A stretch of 64,000 bases of DNA, from NCBI GenBank assembly GCA_010909165.1, contig VJWM01000296.1, positions 52,379 to 116,378 of the forward strand. Direction: 5' to 3'. Under the pieces are notes generated by a model. The model ran no database searches and had not been told where the DNA came from. It saw only the letters and a list, made by a program, of their open reading frames with translations. The first letter of the stretch is position 1; each line of letters opens with the position of its first letter. This DNA comes from Anthoceros angustus (taxonomy: Eukaryota > Plantae > Anthocerotophyta). Made by a program: the position numbers and the translations under genes. Of this stretch, positions 32,565 through 45,649 are shown piece by piece.

Positions 32565-35500
32565 TGGTTGGGTTCAGATTTGAATTGAACAGCTACTGCT
32601 TGTATAAAATTTCCAGCCCTAATCTGTGCATAGAAAGAGGTGTATTGGTTAATGAACTTTATCAGCTATAAGTGCTGTCCCAAGTTCAAGAGTCACATCT
32701 CAGCCAAAAGTTCAACTTTGGCATGCTCGCCTTGGTCATATCAACAAGGTGAAATTGAGCTTGATGTCTTCTATGGACTGTTACAAGGAGAGACTTCCAG
32801 CTCAATTCAAGGACCTTCATGCTTGCAAATCATGTATCTTATCCAACCAGAAGGAATTACCTTTCAAGAACAAGGATGCTACTAGGGCCACTGAGGTACT
32901 TGAGCTTGTTCATGCTGATATTGCTGGCAAGCTGCAAGTCTCTTCCTTGGGTGGCGCTTGGTATTATCTAACTCTTACAGATGACTATTCTCGATTCACT
33001 TGGACATTTCCTTTGAAGTTGAAGAGTGAGGCATTTGATAAGATAGCCGCTTGGATTCCCCTCGTTCAACAACAAAGCGAAAGTTAGTTAAATGTCTGAA
33101 ATGGTGGGGAATTTCTTGGGCAAAGTATGATGATCTTTTTGAAAAATGGAATTAGAAGGCAACTCACGGTTCCATACACTCCTCACAAAATGGAGTGGCT
33201 GAGAGAAAAAATCAGACTTTGATGGGGATGACATGTAGTAAGCTCTCTTAGTCAGGACTTCAAAGGGATATTAGGAGGCGATTGGCTACTTATATCTTAA
33301 ACGAGTTCCCACCTCTTTACACAACCCTTTTGAAGCCTTTTGGAGCAAGAAACCTAGTTTGCTGCATCTTCGTGTCTTTGGCTCCCCTGCTTTTGTGTTC
33401 ATTCCTGTGTCCAAACGTCGGAAGTTAGATGATAGGTCCAGGCCCTATTTCTTTGTAGGCTATTCTGAGGAAAGTAAAGCCTACAAGTTGTATGACCCTA
33501 AGACCAGGAAACTCACACTTGCTCGTAGTGTCACCTTTTGTGAACTACATTCTCCTAACATTGTAGAAGATTCAGGTCTATATTTTTCTCCTTCACATGA
33601 GTCAGCTGAAACTGAAAATTCAGAAGATGACACACCTAGTCCTCCACATGTTGATTCTTCTCCCGCTTTTCCGATTATCCATTTTCGATGGTGAGTCCAA
33701 GCACACCTAGAATCTTGACTACTTCTCAACATGAGGAAGGGAAGAAAGCAGATCTTGACCTTAATGAGAATGCATCAATGGATGGTGTTGGTCATTTTCA
33801 GCTTGATGATCCGGAAGGATCTCGGCGGTGGAGGCCTCCCTCTCCACCTCGTGAGACCACTGTTCACGGTATCACGCTCGTGGGCGAGATCTGTGAAATG
33901 GGGCGCCTCCTTATCGGTTGTGGATTTGAAGCATGGTGCCCATGTTTCTAGCCTACATATGCGATGTAAGGCGGATCCGCATCCTATGAGGAAGCAATCA
34001 CGGACGGATGGACACCATTGGCGATTTCGATTGATGATGAGTACAACTCTCTTATGAAGAATAACACTTGGGAACTTGTTGATCTTCCACAGCGGAAACC
34101 TATTAGCGTAAGTGGGTCTTCAAGACCAAGCTCAAGTCGGATGGAGCGTGGCTAGATATAAATCACGCTTGGTTGCGAGGGGTTTAGTCAAATACCGGTA
34201 TTGATTATGGCGATACCTTCTCACGGTTGTGAAGCCACCTTACATGTATGTTGCTAGCCATGGCTACAGTATGATCTTGAAGTCCAACGGATGGACGTAT
34301 ATACGCTTTCTGCATGGGGAGTTAGAAGAAGTTTTATACATGCAACGAGGCTTCATCAACAAAAATGGGCTAGGAAAGTTTGCAAGCTAAAGACTATTTA
34401 CTTGAAACAAAGTCCAAGAGCGTGGTACAAGCGGATTGTGAAGTACTTGAAGAAGCTAGGTTTTCTACAATCCCTGACAACAATGTGTTTTACCTTCCGG
34501 TGGTCTTTTGTTGTTCTAGCACTTTTACGTGGATGATTGCCTTCTCGTAATAGTACTCCACAACTAGAAAGTTAAGACTATGCTTCGTGAGTTTGAAATG
34601 GTGATCAAGAGGATCTGTATTACATCTCGGCATCCAGTTTTTTGCGTGCAGTCACATTATTCTTCATCAAACTAAGTACATCAAAGAAATTCTTAAGCGC
34701 TTTCATATGGATGAGGCCGGACTGTTACGACTCCTCTGCGGTGGGGAAAGTTTAGTATAGATCAAGCTCCTCAGTGCGGAGATCTTAAAGATATGGCATC
34801 ATTCCTTATGCGAGGTTGTTAGTTGTTTGATTTTCACAGCCAATTGGACTCGACGACATCGATGTTAGTATGGTTTCGCAGTTCAAGTAGCACACGCCAC
34901 ATTGGACATTTCCTTTGAAGTTGAAGAGTGAGGCATTTGATAAGATAGCCGCTTGGATTCCCCTCGTTCAACAACAAACTGGCAAGTTAGTTAAATGTCT
35001 ACGGACTGATAATGGTGGGGAATTTCTTGGGCAGAAGTATGATGATCTTTTTCAGAAAAATGGAATTCGCAGGCAACTCACAGTTTCATACACTCCTCAG
35101 CAAAATGGAGTGGCTGAGAGAAAAAATCAGACTTTGATGGGGATGACATGTAGTAAGCTCTCTTAGTCAGGACTTCCAAAGGGATATTAGGCAGAGGCGA
35201 TTGTGACTACTTATATCTTAAGCGAGTTCCTGACCTCTTTCGCAACCTTTTGAAGCCTTTTGGAGCAAGAAACCTAGTTTGTTGCATCTTATGTCTTTAG
35301 CTCTCTGCTTTTGTGTTCATTCCTGTCCAAAGCGTCGGAAGTTAGATGATAGGTCCGGGCCCTATTTCTTTGTAGGCTATTCGAGGAAAGTAAAGCCTAC
35401 AAGTTGTATGACCTAAGACCGGAAACTCACACTTGCTCGTAGTGTCACCTTTTGTGAACTACATTCTCCTAACATTGTAGAAGATTCAGGTCTATGCATT

Positions 35501-37420
35501 TTCTCCTTCACATGAGTCAGCTGAAACCGAAAATTCAGAAGATGACACACCTAGTCCTCCACATGTTGATTCTTCTCCCTGTTTTTTCTTATGATCCATT
35601 TTCTGATGGTGAGTCCGAAGCACACCTAGAATCTTCAGCTACTTCTCAACATGAGGAAGGGGAAGAAACAGCTGATGCTGACCTTAATGAGAGAATGCAT
35701 CAATGGACGGTGTTGGTCATTTTTCAGCTACGATGATGATGATCTGGAAGGATCTGATGGCAGGCCTCTCTCCACCTCGTGAGACCACATTCCCGGTATC
35801 ACCTTTCGTGGCCTTGATCCTGAGCATGGTGAGCCTCCTTATCGGTTGTGGATTTGAAGCATGGTGCCCATGTTTCTAGCCTACATGTACACGATGTAAG
35901 GCGGATCCGCATCTGAGGAAGCAATCCACGGACGGATGGACACCATTGGCGGTTGATTGATGAGTACAACTCTCTTATGAAGAAGAAGAACACTTGGGAA
36001 CTTGTTGATCTTCCACAGCGGAAACCTATTAGGCATAAGTGGGTCTTCAAGACCAAGCTCAAGTCGGATGGAGCGTGGCTAGATATAAATCACGCTTGGT
36101 TGCGAGGGGTTTAGTCAAATACCGGTATTGATTATGGCGATACCTTCTCACGGTTGTGAAGCCACCTTACATGTATGTTGCTAGCCATGGCTCGAGTATG
36201 ATCTTGAAGTCCAACGGATGGGCGTATATACTGACTTTCTGCATGGGGAGTTAGAAGAAGTTTTATACATGACGACAACGAGGCTTCATCAACAAAAATG
36301 GGCTAGGAAAGTTTGCAAGCTGCTAAAGACTATTTACGACTTGAAACAAAGTCCAAGAGCGTGGTACAAGCGGATTGTGAAGTACTTGAAGAAGCTAGGT
36401 TTTCTACAATCTAGACAACAATGTGTTTTACCTTCCGGTGGTCTTTTTGTTGTTCTATGATTGCGTTCGATGTACTCCACAACTAGAGAAAGTTAAGACT
36501 ATGCTTCGTGCTGAGTTTGAAATGACTGATCAAGAGGATATGTAGTTCTGTCTCGGCATCCAAATTTTGTGTCACAGGGCTGCAGGTCACATTATTCTTC
36601 ATCAAAGTGAGTACATCAAAGAAATTCTTAAACGCTTTCATATGGATGAGGCCAGACCTGTTACGACTCCCTCTGCAGTGGGGGAAAAGTTTAGTATAGA
36701 TCAAGCTCCTCAGAGTGCAGCAGATCTTAAAGATATGGCATCTGTTCCTTATGCAGAGGTTGTTAGTTGTTTGATTTTCCTGGCCAACTGGACTCGACTT
36801 GACATCAGCTACAGTGTGTTAGTATGGTTTCGCAGTTTCTTAAGTAGCCTGCACGCACACATTGGACAGCTGTTAAGCGTATCTATCGTTATATCAAGGG
36901 CACTATTTCCTATGGTTTACAATATTCAGCAAGTGGGAGCAAGTCACTTTTACTTACCTCTTTTGCCGATGCTGATTGGGCGTCCAATGCTGAAACGCGA
37001 AAGAGTCTTTCAGCTTATTGTTTCCTTGGCTTCTGGGTCTGTTAGTTGGAGTTGCAAGAAACAAGCTTCTCTTGCTTTGTCTTCTACTGAAGCCGAGTAC
37101 AAAGCCTTGACAGATGCCTGCAAGGAGGCAGAGTGGGAACGTCAATTTCTTGATTCTGTAAATCAGTCACAAACTGATTCTACTAGTCTGTTTTGTGATA
37201 ATATGGGTGCTATAGCTTTAGTTGCTAACCCTAGGTTTCATGCTAGGACATAACATATAGAGCTCTATCACAATTACATCCGGGATGTTGCCGAGAGAGG
37301 AATAGTAAAGGTTAAGTATATCGTACAGAAGATAACACCGATATTTTAACTAAGGCTCTTCCTAAAATTAAGCACTTTAAGCACCTAGAGTCTCTAGGTC
37401 TTAGGGAGTTTCATTTCTAA
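32565..37420 (+). mobile_element. Ty1/Copia pol fragment (pre-integrase, integrase, RT, RNase H) with an internal ~1.9-kb tandem duplication; gag and LTRs not seen
   Basis: LWHARLGHIN, ELVHADIAG..YYLTLTDDYSRFTW, LRTDNGGEF, YTPQQNGVAERKN, LRVFGSPA..RRKLDDRS, KWVFKTK..YKSRLVARG, LKQSPRAWY, VSWSCKKQASLALSSTEAEY, FCDNMGAIALVANPRFHART. Segment ~33000-34901 is repeated at 34902-~36865. Confidence 0.92.
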
Positions 37421-39028
37421 TTTAACAGTCTTACTACTTGGACCGTGGGTGGCCTCTGATAAAATTTCATAGTTTTTTAGTTTGGAGTTTTACTAGCTGC
37501 TAACTCCTTAGCTTGCTAGTTTTCGCCACCTGAGTTTGTTTACATGTTTCAAGGCATCCATGGTCAGTGCAAATTTTTTTTTCTGTTAAGTTGTCTGCAC
37601 ATTACAGGTCAGCTCAGTGGATGAAGCATACAGCTAAATCAAATCGTGAACTGACAAGTAATTGATCTGAGGGTTAGTATTTTCAACTAACAAGTACTAG
37701 TGCAGATTTAGCTAATTTTGAAGCCACCTTCTTTATATTTACCTTCTGAAGACGCTTCGGGCAATATCCACTCTTCCCATTGTGCATCCAGTGAGTGTAG
37801 GTCTTGGATGTCCTACTCTAGGCGGGCAATCCTTCTTCTTATCATCCCCTGGATCTTTTCTTTGTCCTCCTCAAAGTGTCTCTGGTCATATCTCACATCT
37901 GGATGACGGTTAGGGTCAACACGCATCGGACCTCTATGGATTTTTTCCATTGGCCATGTATCTGGAGGTCACCTAGGAGGATAAACTGGGATGGGGGGCA
38001 ACATACTCAAAGTTGGCACGGGTCTGGAGCCTGATGCTGTTGGGTCTTGAGGGCCTGTGACTTCGTGAGGAACATCTTCCATCTCTATATGAGCATACAC
38101 ACGCAATGGTTAACTACAGGCACTTCTTATAAGGAAAAACAAAAATAGGACATGAAGCACAGATATAGGGTCTGCAATTTCAACTACGAGGCTATATCTC
38201 CTGCCTACACGCCTGCTGTGCCTGTCTCGTTTGAGGGTGCGTCTCTTATTCAGCTACAATGGGTCATGGGAAGAACACAAGGTTACAGAAACAATGGCAC
38301 AAGTTTGAGTGGTGAGGGCGCACCCGTGCGTTTCTTGCTGCCCCTATCAGTAGATGAATCAGCTGCGGTTGCCGCCCGGCGAGGCGACCGCATCGGTGTT
38401 TTGAAGCTGGGCATGCACAGATGCAGGTGGTCTGTCTCTCCTGCGACCATCGCCGTGTCGCTTCAGTGGTATGCCGCTTGTTGGCGCGGGCGTTTCCTTG
38501 GGCGACCTCCCACACTCATCACCGTGCGCCCTCCGCTTAATTGTTACAGTGATTCCTCCGTCGGTGATGGCTTTACTGCGTCCTCTTGTGTTCCGAGTCC
38601 ATTGCTGGTGTGTTTTTGAGGTTGCCGCGGGATACGGCTTTCACGGGGTGAAGGTGTATGGGTATTAATGCCCAACAACCCCCATTACCCCCACATGCGC
38701 ATGCCCATGGGTACATAACGGTATTTTTATCCGGATTTATCCGTATTTACCATAAGTTACTTGGAACTCAGTGGTGAATAAATAATTACCTGCTCAGGTT
38801 AAGTGGGAGTGTTAGAATGTGAAAGGTTGTTATTAACCTACCAGTTATTATTTAGTTATTTAATATCTTGGTTAGTGGTGAATGGTCACACCTACTCACA
38901 TGAAGTACTTAAGACAATTTTGTATTCAACTTTTAATTAATTGCTTTATTCCCTTTTTTGCAATTCAACGAGCTTCCGTTTCAAAGTTTCCGTTTGCAAT
39001 TCACAAAGTTTCACATGCAAGTTTAGTA

Positions 39029-39320
39029 GGGAGCTTGGAATCCCATTCAAGTTTGGTAGGAGGGTGGAAGAGCGTTCAAGTTTGGTGGGGGGCTTGGAAG
39101 AGCATTCGAGTTTGGAGGTGGCGAGAAAGAGCATTCCAATTTGGGCAAGAGGCTTGGAAGAGCATTTAAGTTTGGCAGCGGGCTTGAAAGAGTGTAGCAG
39201 CAGGCAGACTTGGAAGCGTTTGAGTTTGGCAGGGGCTTGGAGGAGCATTCCAGTTTGGCAGGAGCGTTGGAAGAGCGTGCAAGTTCGGCAGGGCCCTTGG
39301 AAGAAAGTACAAGTTTGGTA
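39029..39320. repeat. Degenerate ~30-bp minisatellite (~9-10 units)
   Basis: Consensus approximately ggcttggaagagcattcaagtttggcagg. Confidence 0.8.
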
Positions 39321-39418
39321 GAAAGGCAATCATTATGGAAGGTCGATATGTGAACCATGGGCCACCACCACCAAGTGGGATGTACCAAGGACTCGTTATA
39401 GCACCGACATCAAGCGAG

Positions 39419-41972
39419 CAACAATGTAACCAACCTCCTAGGATTCTCTTTCTACAAGGACTTCACGGTCCTTCACGAGTTTCTTCAAACCCCTATGCCA
39501 TCCCTTCCATGTATTCGGGCATATTGGACACAAATGCTAGGTCAAGGTGTTGATGTTCCATGGGCATGCAGATCCTCCATCTACCACACCATGTGATCCT
39601 CGTGCCCAACGTGCCCTACTAGAAATGGCCCCTATGTTACGATCGTTGTTGCAATTTTATGTTACACTTGTAACACAACATCATTTGGAGGCTTAGTATT
39701 AAGTTTGTCATTTCTTTCCGCATTGGGCCTACAATCTTAACCACGAACCTTGCTCTCTCTCCTACCACTTCACCCTCTTAACTACATCCCCTCTCTCATA
39801 CGCATTGTTTATGAATTCCCTCATGCAAATGCAACATAGTAACAAGGACCCTCTCTCTCTTCTCTATCAGTCCCCTCTTTATTACACCCCATTGGAAGTA
39901 CAATTAGTTAATGTTTTTCCTATTGCTCTTCATTGCACTCTCTCTTCACAACTATTGTTAATGGCCCAAACTGGATATCACACTAACATGCTCATTAATT
40001 GTCTCTCATTAATTGTCTCCTTCCTCTACCACGACCATAATTCCTATATCAACCTTTTTCCCTACCATAGCTATTATTGGCTTGTATACTAATTGTTTAT
40101 GGCTTACCATAGCTATTATTGGCTTGTATACTATTTGTTTATGGCTTTTGCACGATATCTTGGTAGAGATAGAATACACATTACTTCATACGTCGGTACC
40201 TACTTGTAGATACGGATTTACCTTCATACGTACCTACTTGTAGGTAGGTATTTGTACATGAACACCGGATTATCTGATATTTTTATTTCCATTACGGATA
40301 TCGTTCTCTTGCTCTGTGGCGGATATCTATCTTGGCGTTCTCTTCTTTGGTCTTGGCTATATTCTTGGCGCCTCGTTACCTCTTGTTCTTGCGGTTGCAA
40401 AATCGTTTGACTTAACGGCGAACGCGACCGCTTGTTCGTCACCATCTGCCTCCTCCACTCCACCAGCGGTGCATGGACAACTAGGTTCCTTTATACATAC
40501 ATACCTTGATGTCACGAAATTGGGAAAGGGTGGTACATGAGGACTAATCCCATGCTTTTGTCCGGTACCCATGAGCAATGGCGTCGTCGTTTCCCCAACC
40601 CGTGCACGGTCGTCTTTTCACATGCGGCAAACCTAGCAATCGTGCTTCAACCCACACCTACCGGCAATTCTCGCTTGTGTCACAAAAGCGGCAACAATGT
40701 AACCAACCTCCTAGGATTCTCTTTCTACAAGGACTTCACTTCACGAGTTTCTTCAAACCCCTATGCCATCCTTCCATGTATTCCAGGGCATATTGGACAC
40801 AAATGCTAGGTCAAGGTGTTGATGTTCCATGGGCACAGACAGATCCTCCATCTACCACACCATCAGCCATGGCAGTCATCGTGCCCAACGTGCCCTACTA
40901 GAAATGGCCCCCTATGTTACAGTCGTTGTTGCAATTTTATGTTACACTTGTAACTTGCAACATCATTTGGAGGCTTGGTATTAAGTTTGTCATTTCTTTC
41001 CGCATTGGGCCTACAATCTTAACACGAACCTTGCTCTCTCTCCTACCACTTCACCCTCTTAACTACATCCCTCTCTCATACGCATTGTTTATGAATTCCC
41101 TCATGCAAATGCAACATGAGTAACAAGGACCCTCTCTCTCTTCTCTATCGGTCCCCTCTTTATTACACCCCATTGGAAGTACAATTAGTTAATGTTTTTC
41201 CTATTGCTCTTCATTGCACTCTCTCTTCACAACTATTGTTAATGGCGCCCAAACCGGATATCACACTAACATGCTCATTAATTGTCTCTCATTAATTGTC
41301 TCCTTCCTCTACCACGTGTAATTCCTATATCAACCTTTTTCCCTACCATAGCTATTATTGGCTTGTATACTAATTGTTTATGGCTTACCATAGCTATTAT
41401 TGGCTTGTATACTATTTGTTTATGGCTTTTGCACGATATCTTGGTAGAGATAGAATACACATTACCTTCATACGTACCTACTTGTAGATCTGGATTTACC
41501 TTCATACGTGCAGGTACCTACTTGTAGGTAGGTATTTGTACATGAACACTGGATTATACAGTATTTTTATTTCCATTACACAGATATCGTTCTCTTGCTC
41601 TGTGGCGGATATCTATTCTTGCAATCGTTCTCTTCTTTGGTCTTTGGCTATCGCATACCTCCGTTACCTCTTGTTCTTGCAGTTGCAAAATCGTTTGACT
41701 TAACTGGCTTCGAACACGCGACCGCTTGTTCGTCACCATCTGCCTCCTCCACGCTGAGTGCATGGACAACTAGGTTCCTTTATACATACATACCTTGATG
41801 TCACGAAATTGGGAAAGGGTGGTACATGAGGACTAATCCCATGCTTTTGTCCGTACCCATGAGCAATGGCGTCGTTTCCCCAACCCGTCTGCTGTGGTCT
41901 TTTCACATGCGCAAACCTAGCAATCGTCAACCCACACCTACCGGCAATTCTATTGTGTCACAAAACGCAATG
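39419..41972. repeat. ~1.27-kb tandem duplication of non-coding or degenerate TE-derived sequence
   Basis: caacaatgtaaccaacctcctaggattctc starts at 39419 and again at 40692; the two units are colinear. Confidence 0.9.
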
Positions 41973-41999
41973 TCACAATTATGCATTCTTGAGTCATCG

Positions 42000-44290
42000 A
42001 TTCGGGCAGCCACAAGCTTCTCCCTTTCGCCTTCACATCACCACTGCGCTCGAACCACATTCATCTAGATGGCGGCTAACTCATCGAAGCCCTCACTTTC
42101 TTCCTACATAAAACTAAATCCTATGCTACTTAGGCTTCTTGCGACACCCCTACACTCATTGGTTGTCCTCGGAGGATTCTTCTTCTTCTTCCGGTGTAGA
42201 ACCGCCGTTTTCTTCCTTTGCTTGTTGGTGTCATGCTTGGTGCCGCTTTCTCTTCCCTTGCTCACGCCTCCACAGGCTCTGCGTTTCCCACACATCCTTC
42301 CACAGCTTCCTTCTTTTCGACCACCATGGGCTGCAACAAAAGCTGTGATCGATGTTCGCCCATTGCATCGCCATTTGCATGACATGTTACACATTTGCAC
42401 TTACACTTTTCGACACGCTCGTGTGATCCTCCGTGTCGGTGCCACCACTTCCACATTGTTGTCCCCCTTCTTCCATGCCCACCAGCTCTTCCCTCCCTCT
42501 CCCTCGTTGTCCCCCCACCCTCTTCAACGCCTTTGCATGTGTCTTTATCGCCTCATCCATTGCTTCCCTCTTGCATTCCGTCTCAAGCATCACATGCCAC
42601 TCCGGTGATCACATCGACAAGCGTTGCCTCGCCCACTTGCCCTCTCACGCCACCGTCATGCCTTTTCCTTTACCTCTCCAGTACTCCGGCATGTTCTCCA
42701 AGCCATTCCTCGCTGCCCACCGCAGCTCCTCTCCTGTTGCGCTCCCTCCCCACCGTTGCACGAACTTCCTTTCAAAATCTTTCGCCCCTAGTGGACCAAA
42801 GGGATTGGTCCCTTGATCATGCTTTGCCAGCCTTGCAGACGTTGCGGCAGCTTGCTGAGGTGTTGGCCACACCCCCCCATTCTTGTGCAACGTAACCACC
42901 CCCTGCTCCACGGCCTTCCTCCATGCCTTCGTTGTGACATTCGGCGGATGGAGCCATTTCGCATCCTTACCCTTCTCCCTCCATATCAATGCAGCTTGCC
43001 TCACCTTCTTCCCTACGTTGTGGTTCCTTGTCCGTGATGCACCGCAAACCTCGCCACAATCTCATCCCGGTCGATGCGGAAACTCAATCTCTACCATACT
43101 CACGGCCTCTCCCTCGGACTCTCGTCATGGCTTGTCCACGGCACCATCAACGTCATCTTCGCACACTAGCTCCAAGACACGCGATGGAAGGCCCTCCTCA
43201 GCATCCTTCTTCATCCTCCACCGCGCCGGCTGATCCTCATTTTCGACCCAACCTCCATCGCGCAGTGCGGCCATAAACACTCCTCCCGCCGTGGAGCACA
43301 CTGTCTGACAATAGCGTCGTCGAGTTGCTTACCGGCCAGCGATGTGGTGAGTTCTCCTATCTCTGCTGCAGTTGCAGTGGTGGGGACGTCGGCTCTGTCA
43401 CCCCGTTCTTCCATGTCACCCACCTCAGCCTCCTCCTCGCAATTGTCCTCGTCCTCGCCATTTCCATCCGCCTCGGAGTCGGCCGCCTCGGCCTCTGGCG
43501 GGCTTGGCCCCTCAACCTTGTCCTCATCTCCCACATCCAGATGTTCTTCACATTGGAGGTCGGGAGCATGCCCTTCCTCCCCTTGGCTCGCGTGCACCTC
43601 GATCGCATTGCGTCGGCATAGGCAAGTGGTCCTCTCGGGAGGCGGGATGGGCGGATGGGCGCACTTGCTGGGGCATCCATGCCACAAGGGCGGGGGACCG
43701 ATGTTCGCTCATCCAGGGACCAGCCACACTCACGGAAGGGCCACCTCCGCCACTCAGGAGGACCAAAAACCCCTCGCGACGGCGGCCCATAGGAGCGCTC
43801 CCTCCCGGCGGGGGTTGATGGTGGGAAGCATCTTCCTTCCCATCCCCACCTCGGCAGGGCAACTTGCTGGGGCATCGCCATCACACCTCCTCCCGCAACC
43901 TTGGAAGGACACTTGCACGCCCATCTTCATGGTGGCGCTCCCAGTCTGTTGTCACTGTGCCACCCTCCGCCACGCCCTCTCCTGTCGTCTCGGATGGGCG
44001 CCCGGCCTCTATGGGTCCACCACCGTTTCCACCTCCCGGCCGCGTTTCCCACCGCCGGGCGTGACACTTCCATGACCCTTTGTGCCGCTGCGGGGTCCCC
44101 CTCAGCAGTGCTTGCCCACCACCAGCCCGCCCCATCGCCATTGCCGCCGCTGCTGCAGGGCGGGGGGCGCCCTCCTTTGTGCCGGCGGGCGCCATCTTCA
44201 CCGGCGGGTGTGTCACGGCGAGTTGAAGTCGGTGCCGACTTAGGCGGCAGCCTCGGCCAAATCCTCGAAGTCCACGTCCCACACCATCTT
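42000..44290 (-). mobile_element. Degenerate CACTA (En/Spm) TnpA-like ORF remnant
   Basis: Fragmented minus-strand frames. After an acidic low-complexity stretch comes AKWLHPPNVTTKAWRKAV...ARLAKHDQGTNPFGPLGAKDFERKFVQRWGGSATGEELRWA, which resembles the Ptta/En/Spm (Transposase_24) pattern. It is adjacent to a palindromic repeat array. Recognised by eye only. Confidence 0.45.
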
Positions 44291-44629
44291 TGTAACGCGC
44301 AAAGTGAGCTTGAGGCGAGCAGAGACAAAGCGATTGCAACGCAGGGTGGCGATTGAAAAGATGCAAGTGGAAGTAACACGCGGTGTGATGGCGGAAGTAA
44401 TAGGCCATGTCTCCGACGCGCATGCGATGCCGCGTGACGGCCGCCATGCGCACGCGCGTCGCCATTCAAAGTTGCCACCTCGCCGCCTTCCCTTATGTCT
44501 CAACTCCTCATTATAACAAGTGGGACCTAATCAGCGATGACCACACTTATCACTCGTAGACATATATAGTCACCAAATTCTCGCACACATTTCGACCAAG
44601 AACATTCCACGGTCATTTCGAGGGCGAGG

Positions 44630-45649
44630 ACATATGCACCGCTTGTCATTGCCCAAGGAACTATTTGTCCTTGGGCCTCGGTATCGTCCATGTCATGGCC
44701 CATGGTCATGTCATGTCACAGCCCATAACATGCATATACATGTCATGGCCCACGGACATGACATGACCATGACATATATGACATGGTCCAAGGAAACATT
44801 TTCATTGGACCATGTCATGTATATATGCATGTCATCGCATGACATTTATATACATGCCATGGGCCAAGGACAAAGTTGTCCTTGGCCCATGACATCTGCT
44901 CTCTCATGGGCCAAGACAACTTTGTCCTTGGCCCATGGCATATATAAATGTCATGTCATATATATATGCATATCATCCTGCATACGACATGCATGCATGT
45001 CATGGCCCAAGGACAAAGTTTTCCTTGGCCCATGACATCCATATGCATGTCATGTGCCAAGCACAACTTTGTCCTTGGCCCATGGCATGTATATGCATGT
45101 CATGGTTAAGACCATGCCATGCATTTACATGTCATGGGCCAAGCTCAAAGATCCTTGGCCCATGACAACTAGGCCCATCCCCATGCATGTTTGGCCACCT
45201 CATCATGCGCTCCTTGTGTTTTAAGTCCTCATAATAGCATGTCCTCCCAAATGAAGTCTACACCACTCATCATGCTATACATATATAGACACCAATATGT
45301 GTGCTTGCCTTTCCGTGGGCCAAGGACAAATTTGTCCGCCCATGACATGAGCCCATGTCTGGGCGGGGACAATTTGTCCTTGGCCCAGCCTATTATAGTA
45401 TGTCTGGGCCACACCATGCCATGCATACTTTGTGGGCCAAGGACAAATGTGTCCTTGGCCCAGAAATGGCGGTTCATGTCTGGTCTTGACCATGCCATGC
45501 ATTATGTGGGCCAAGGACAAAGTCTGCCCCATGAAAGCCTTGTAATATACATGTCATGGCCCAAGGACAAATTTGTCCTTGGCCCATGGCATGTATATAA
45601 ATGTCCTTGGCCTATTATATAAATGTCGCATGACATTTACATGCATATA
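44630..45649. repeat. CATG-rich array of direct and inverted short repeats (CCAAGGACAA / TTGTCCTTGG, CATGTCATGG), left part
   Basis: Numerous ggccaaggacaaa..tttgtccttggccc hairpin units. The same array resumes at 63100 on the other side of the Gypsy insertion. Confidence 0.8.
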